Shown one piece after another: positions 46,049 through 47,830 of a DNA stretch of 47,830 bases. Where the stretch lies: the NCBI RefSeq assembly GCF_001194135.2, contig NC_068991.1, forward strand, positions 7,915,574-7,963,403, in the 5' to 3' direction. A program made the position numbers and the translations under genes. The stretch's first letter is position 1, and each line of letters starts with the position of its first letter. Below the pieces are notes generated by a model that was not told the origin of the DNA, searched no databases, and saw only the letters and a list, made by a program, of their open reading frames with translations. Source of the DNA: Octopus bimaculoides. Lineage: Eukaryota.

Positions 46049-46288
46049 CAAGGTTGGCCAAAAGTCACCCGACAGTAAATCAAAAACCCTATAAATACTT
46101 AATATTATTCAATTTTATTTATTCATTCCAATTATGAATGTTCACTAATTGAATGCTGTTAATTAAAATCACCATTTTTTTTCTCAACATTTGTCTATTT
46201 ATTAGTGAAGTTTCATAAAATAATTTTTTGTTTTAATCTTGGAATTAAATGGTTTTGATTTACTGTCAGGTGACTTTTAGCCATCCTG
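46049..46288. mobile_element. Tc1/mariner-type MITE with ~36-bp TIRs and TA target duplication
   Basis: TA-CAAGGTTGGCCAAAAGTCACCCGACAGTAAATCAAAA ... TTTTGATTTACTGTCAGGTGACTTTTAGCCATCCTG-TA. Confidence 0.88.
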
Positions 46289-46321
46289 TATATACATACA
46301 TATATATATATGTATGTATGT

Positions 46322-46500
46322 ATGTGACACGTAAAAACACCCACGACACTCTCTGAGTGGTTGGCGTTAGGAAGGACATCCAGCTGTAGAAACTCTGCCA
46401 AATCAGATTGGAGCCTGGTGTTGCCATCCGGTTTCACCAGTCCTCAGTCAAATCGTCCAACCCATGCTAGCATGGAAAGCGGACGTTAAACGATGATGAT
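46322..46500 (+). mobile_element. RTE 3'-end copy (family D), well conserved
   Basis: GTGACACGTAAAAACACCCAC...CCAACCCATGCTAGCATGGAAAGCGGACGTTAAACGATGATGAT. Confidence 0.9.
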
Positions 46501-46647
46501 GTGTGTGTGTGTGTGCATATGTGTGTGTACACAGACACACACACATATTGTTGGCATCATAAACTCATACAAACATGTGTGTATATGCATAACTTCATCA
46601 CTTTCATGTAATGTCTAGTTTCCATGCTGACACAGGTTGGACTGTTT

Positions 46648-46694
<47 letters not shown>

Positions 46695-47640
46695 TATATA
46701 TTTAATTATATATATAATATTACATCTACATATACATTCATACACACACACACATGCATACATATATTCATACACACACGTAATACGTATGTAGGTGTGT
46801 GTGTGTGTGTGTGATTTATTTGTCTATGTGTGTAATTATGTATATTACACGCATGCATGTCTGCAACCTTATCCATACAGGAAAACAGCCAGAGAGGCTT
46901 GAGGCCAATCCTGTAGATTCAATATGAAATGAAAATATATTTTAGTTGTGTTAGAAGTTTCCTCCATGGATAAGTAGGATACCTAGTGAAGAAGGTAGGG
47001 CCAGGTGGGGTAGGGGTTGGGTGAAATGAAATGAAAGACACACCCTAAGAGGCAATTTTATCTACTTACTAAAAACCAATCCTTGGAGAGAAAATTTTGA
47101 AAAAAAAAATGAAAGAAAGAAAAGGAAATGGTTAAGTATTTGGTCTACAGTTTCCATTTTCTGCTTTTTTAAGCAAAGGGTGGGGCCTGAAAATTCAATG
47201 TAAAGAACACTAGGAAATGGGAGCTGAATTCCTTAAGGTAACTTTAAATTGCTCTTTTCTCTGTTAGTTGCAAATCTTGTAAAGGGAGCTGTAGTTTAAA
47301 AAAATAAATAAATAAAGGCTGTGGTATTTTGAAGGGGTGTAGGTGGTGGAGGCATTTTCTCTATTTTTAGAATATTTTCATTCACATACATCATTAATCT
47401 TTAACATACCTATGACAGAATAGACAAATAGTCTTTTAATCGTTTTTTTTTACCGCATGAAGATTTAAGAAAATCTGATCATTTTTTTCTGACATAGGCA
47501 CGAAGCCTAGAATTTTGAAGGTGGTGGTGGTGGTGGTAGTGTTGTTGTTGTTGGTGGTGGTGGTGGGATGGTGAATGTTGAAATATTATCAAAATACTAT
47601 CAGAATGTCTGAAGTGCTAAAACTGTTTAAATGTTTCTTC

Positions 47641-47780
47641 AGGCATGGCTATGTGGTTAGGAAGCATGCTTTGCAATCACATAGTTTTGGGTTCAATCCC
47701 ATTGTGCATGAGCAAGTGCCTTCTGTTATAGTCCCAAATTGATCAATGCTTTGTGAGAGAAAGTGGTGAACAGAAAGCTG
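47641..47780 (+). mobile_element. SINE B head, diverged
   Basis: AGGCATGGCTATGTGGTTAGGAAGCATGCTTTGCAATCACATAG...GGGTTCAATCCC. Confidence 0.7.
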
Positions 47781-47784
47781 TGTG

Positions 47785-47830
<46 letters not shown>

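Noticed and set aside
2202-47830. Long low-complexity ORFs (poly-M, H, I, S, CV, HT) and X-filled ORFs
   Set aside because: They are translations of microsatellites and N-gaps, open in several frames and on both strands at once.

Overview
Eukaryotic, AT-rich, repeat-saturated genomic DNA, very likely from an octopus or other coleoid cephalopod. This is inferred from the tRNA-headed SINE families, the RTE-type tails and the extreme microsatellite density; it is not confirmed by a database search. Eleven N-gaps, most next to microsatellites, inflate the ORF track, and nearly all listed ORFs are repeat artefacts. Solidly supported: a decayed piggyBac transposase (36716-38361), three R4/Dong-clade non-LTR fragments beside (TAA)n tracts, a 5'-truncated RTE LINE with many 3'-tail copies, three SINE families, a Helentron-type non-autonomous element, a Tc1/mariner MITE, a 5S rRNA-derived fragment and a 122-bp inverted repeat enclosing a SINE head. 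No host gene could be named. The most speculative lead is a series of minus-strand micro-exon candidates that join into one open frame, with a candidate ETS/GC-box/CCAAT promoter near 45250.
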